Position numbers and translations under genes: made by a program. A stretch of 64,000 nt of DNA from Monocercomonoides exilis PA203 (taxonomy: Eukaryota; Protista; Preaxostyla): positions 372,001-436,000 of the forward strand of contig LSRY02000013.1 of NCBI GenBank assembly GCA_001643675.2. Direction: 5' to 3'. Within the stretch, counting starts at the first letter, position 1. Every line of letters starts with the position of its first letter. Below are positions 63,455 to 64,000 of this stretch, one piece after another. Under the pieces are notes generated by a model, which saw only the letters and a list, made by a program, of their open reading frames with translations, had not been told where the DNA came from and ran no database searches.

Positions 63455-64000
63455 ATGGGGAAGATGTTATTAGGCCACAAGCTATCTGCTGTTCCTGCCT
63501 TGATACACGAGGTATGTCGTGGTAGACTAGTGTAAAAATATCGAGGAATTTGATTATTATTATTATTAGGTGCTTGTGGCACCTCCAGCGCCAACTGATG
63601 AAATTACTCGTATTCTTGTTGCGTCTCAGACGTATGCAATTGTTTCTTCAAGAACTTACTCAATTTCGATGAATTTTTCTATTTAGATTTTATCATGACT
63701 TAGTTTATGATCGTGCTCTTGCTTGTCTTGAAGATGCCCTGGATAAATGGACTTCTTTATGGTTTGGAGGATTTTTTCGTTATTTATCTGACTTTATGTT
63801 GATTGCGTAATACTGTAATTATGATTGACATCCCTGAACACAGCAAGAACGGAGAACCCCCAATTGAAGTATCGTTGTATTTTCATTGTGCCTGCGGTGA
63901 AATTGAAGAAAGCATTGGAAAAGATGACGAAGCACTGGCAATTTTTAAAGTGTGAATTTTAAGCAATTACCATCAAATCAAATTTGCGTTTTTTATGATA
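63455..64000 (+). CDS. Partial multi-exon gene, TPR-like helical protein (runs off the window)
   Basis: Spliceable exons including YDRALACLEDAL and LYFHCACGEIEESIGKDDEAL. Confidence 0.5.

Overview
AT-rich eukaryotic genomic DNA with about 25 protein-coding genes, most interrupted by short GT-AG introns, read in the standard code. The gene families and style suggest an anaerobic flagellate, most likely an oxymonad such as Monocercomonoides (inference). Recognisable genes are WASHC3/CCDC53, Fe-S L-serine dehydratase, a degenerate Rab, SNAPC1, transketolase, RRP45, IFT43, THUMPD1, VPS52, CSN5, TAP42, B9D2, ERG8-type phosphomevalonate kinase and a COMM-domain protein. There are also two copies of a lineage-specific family, an unprocessed VPS36 pseudogene and decayed non-autonomous DNA transposons at 17.5-20.3 kb and 59 kb. 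The four most interesting candidates are: (1) a ~1,790-aa TmcB-like multipass membrane protein ending in a hemerythrin-like domain, possibly an O2/iron sensor; (2) a PssA-like CDP-alcohol phosphotransferase fused to a HIGH-type cytidylyltransferase; (3) a secreted CX3C-hairpin polyprotein; (4) a prenylated pseudo-Rab. All family calls come from motif recognition by eye, and exon boundaries are manual.
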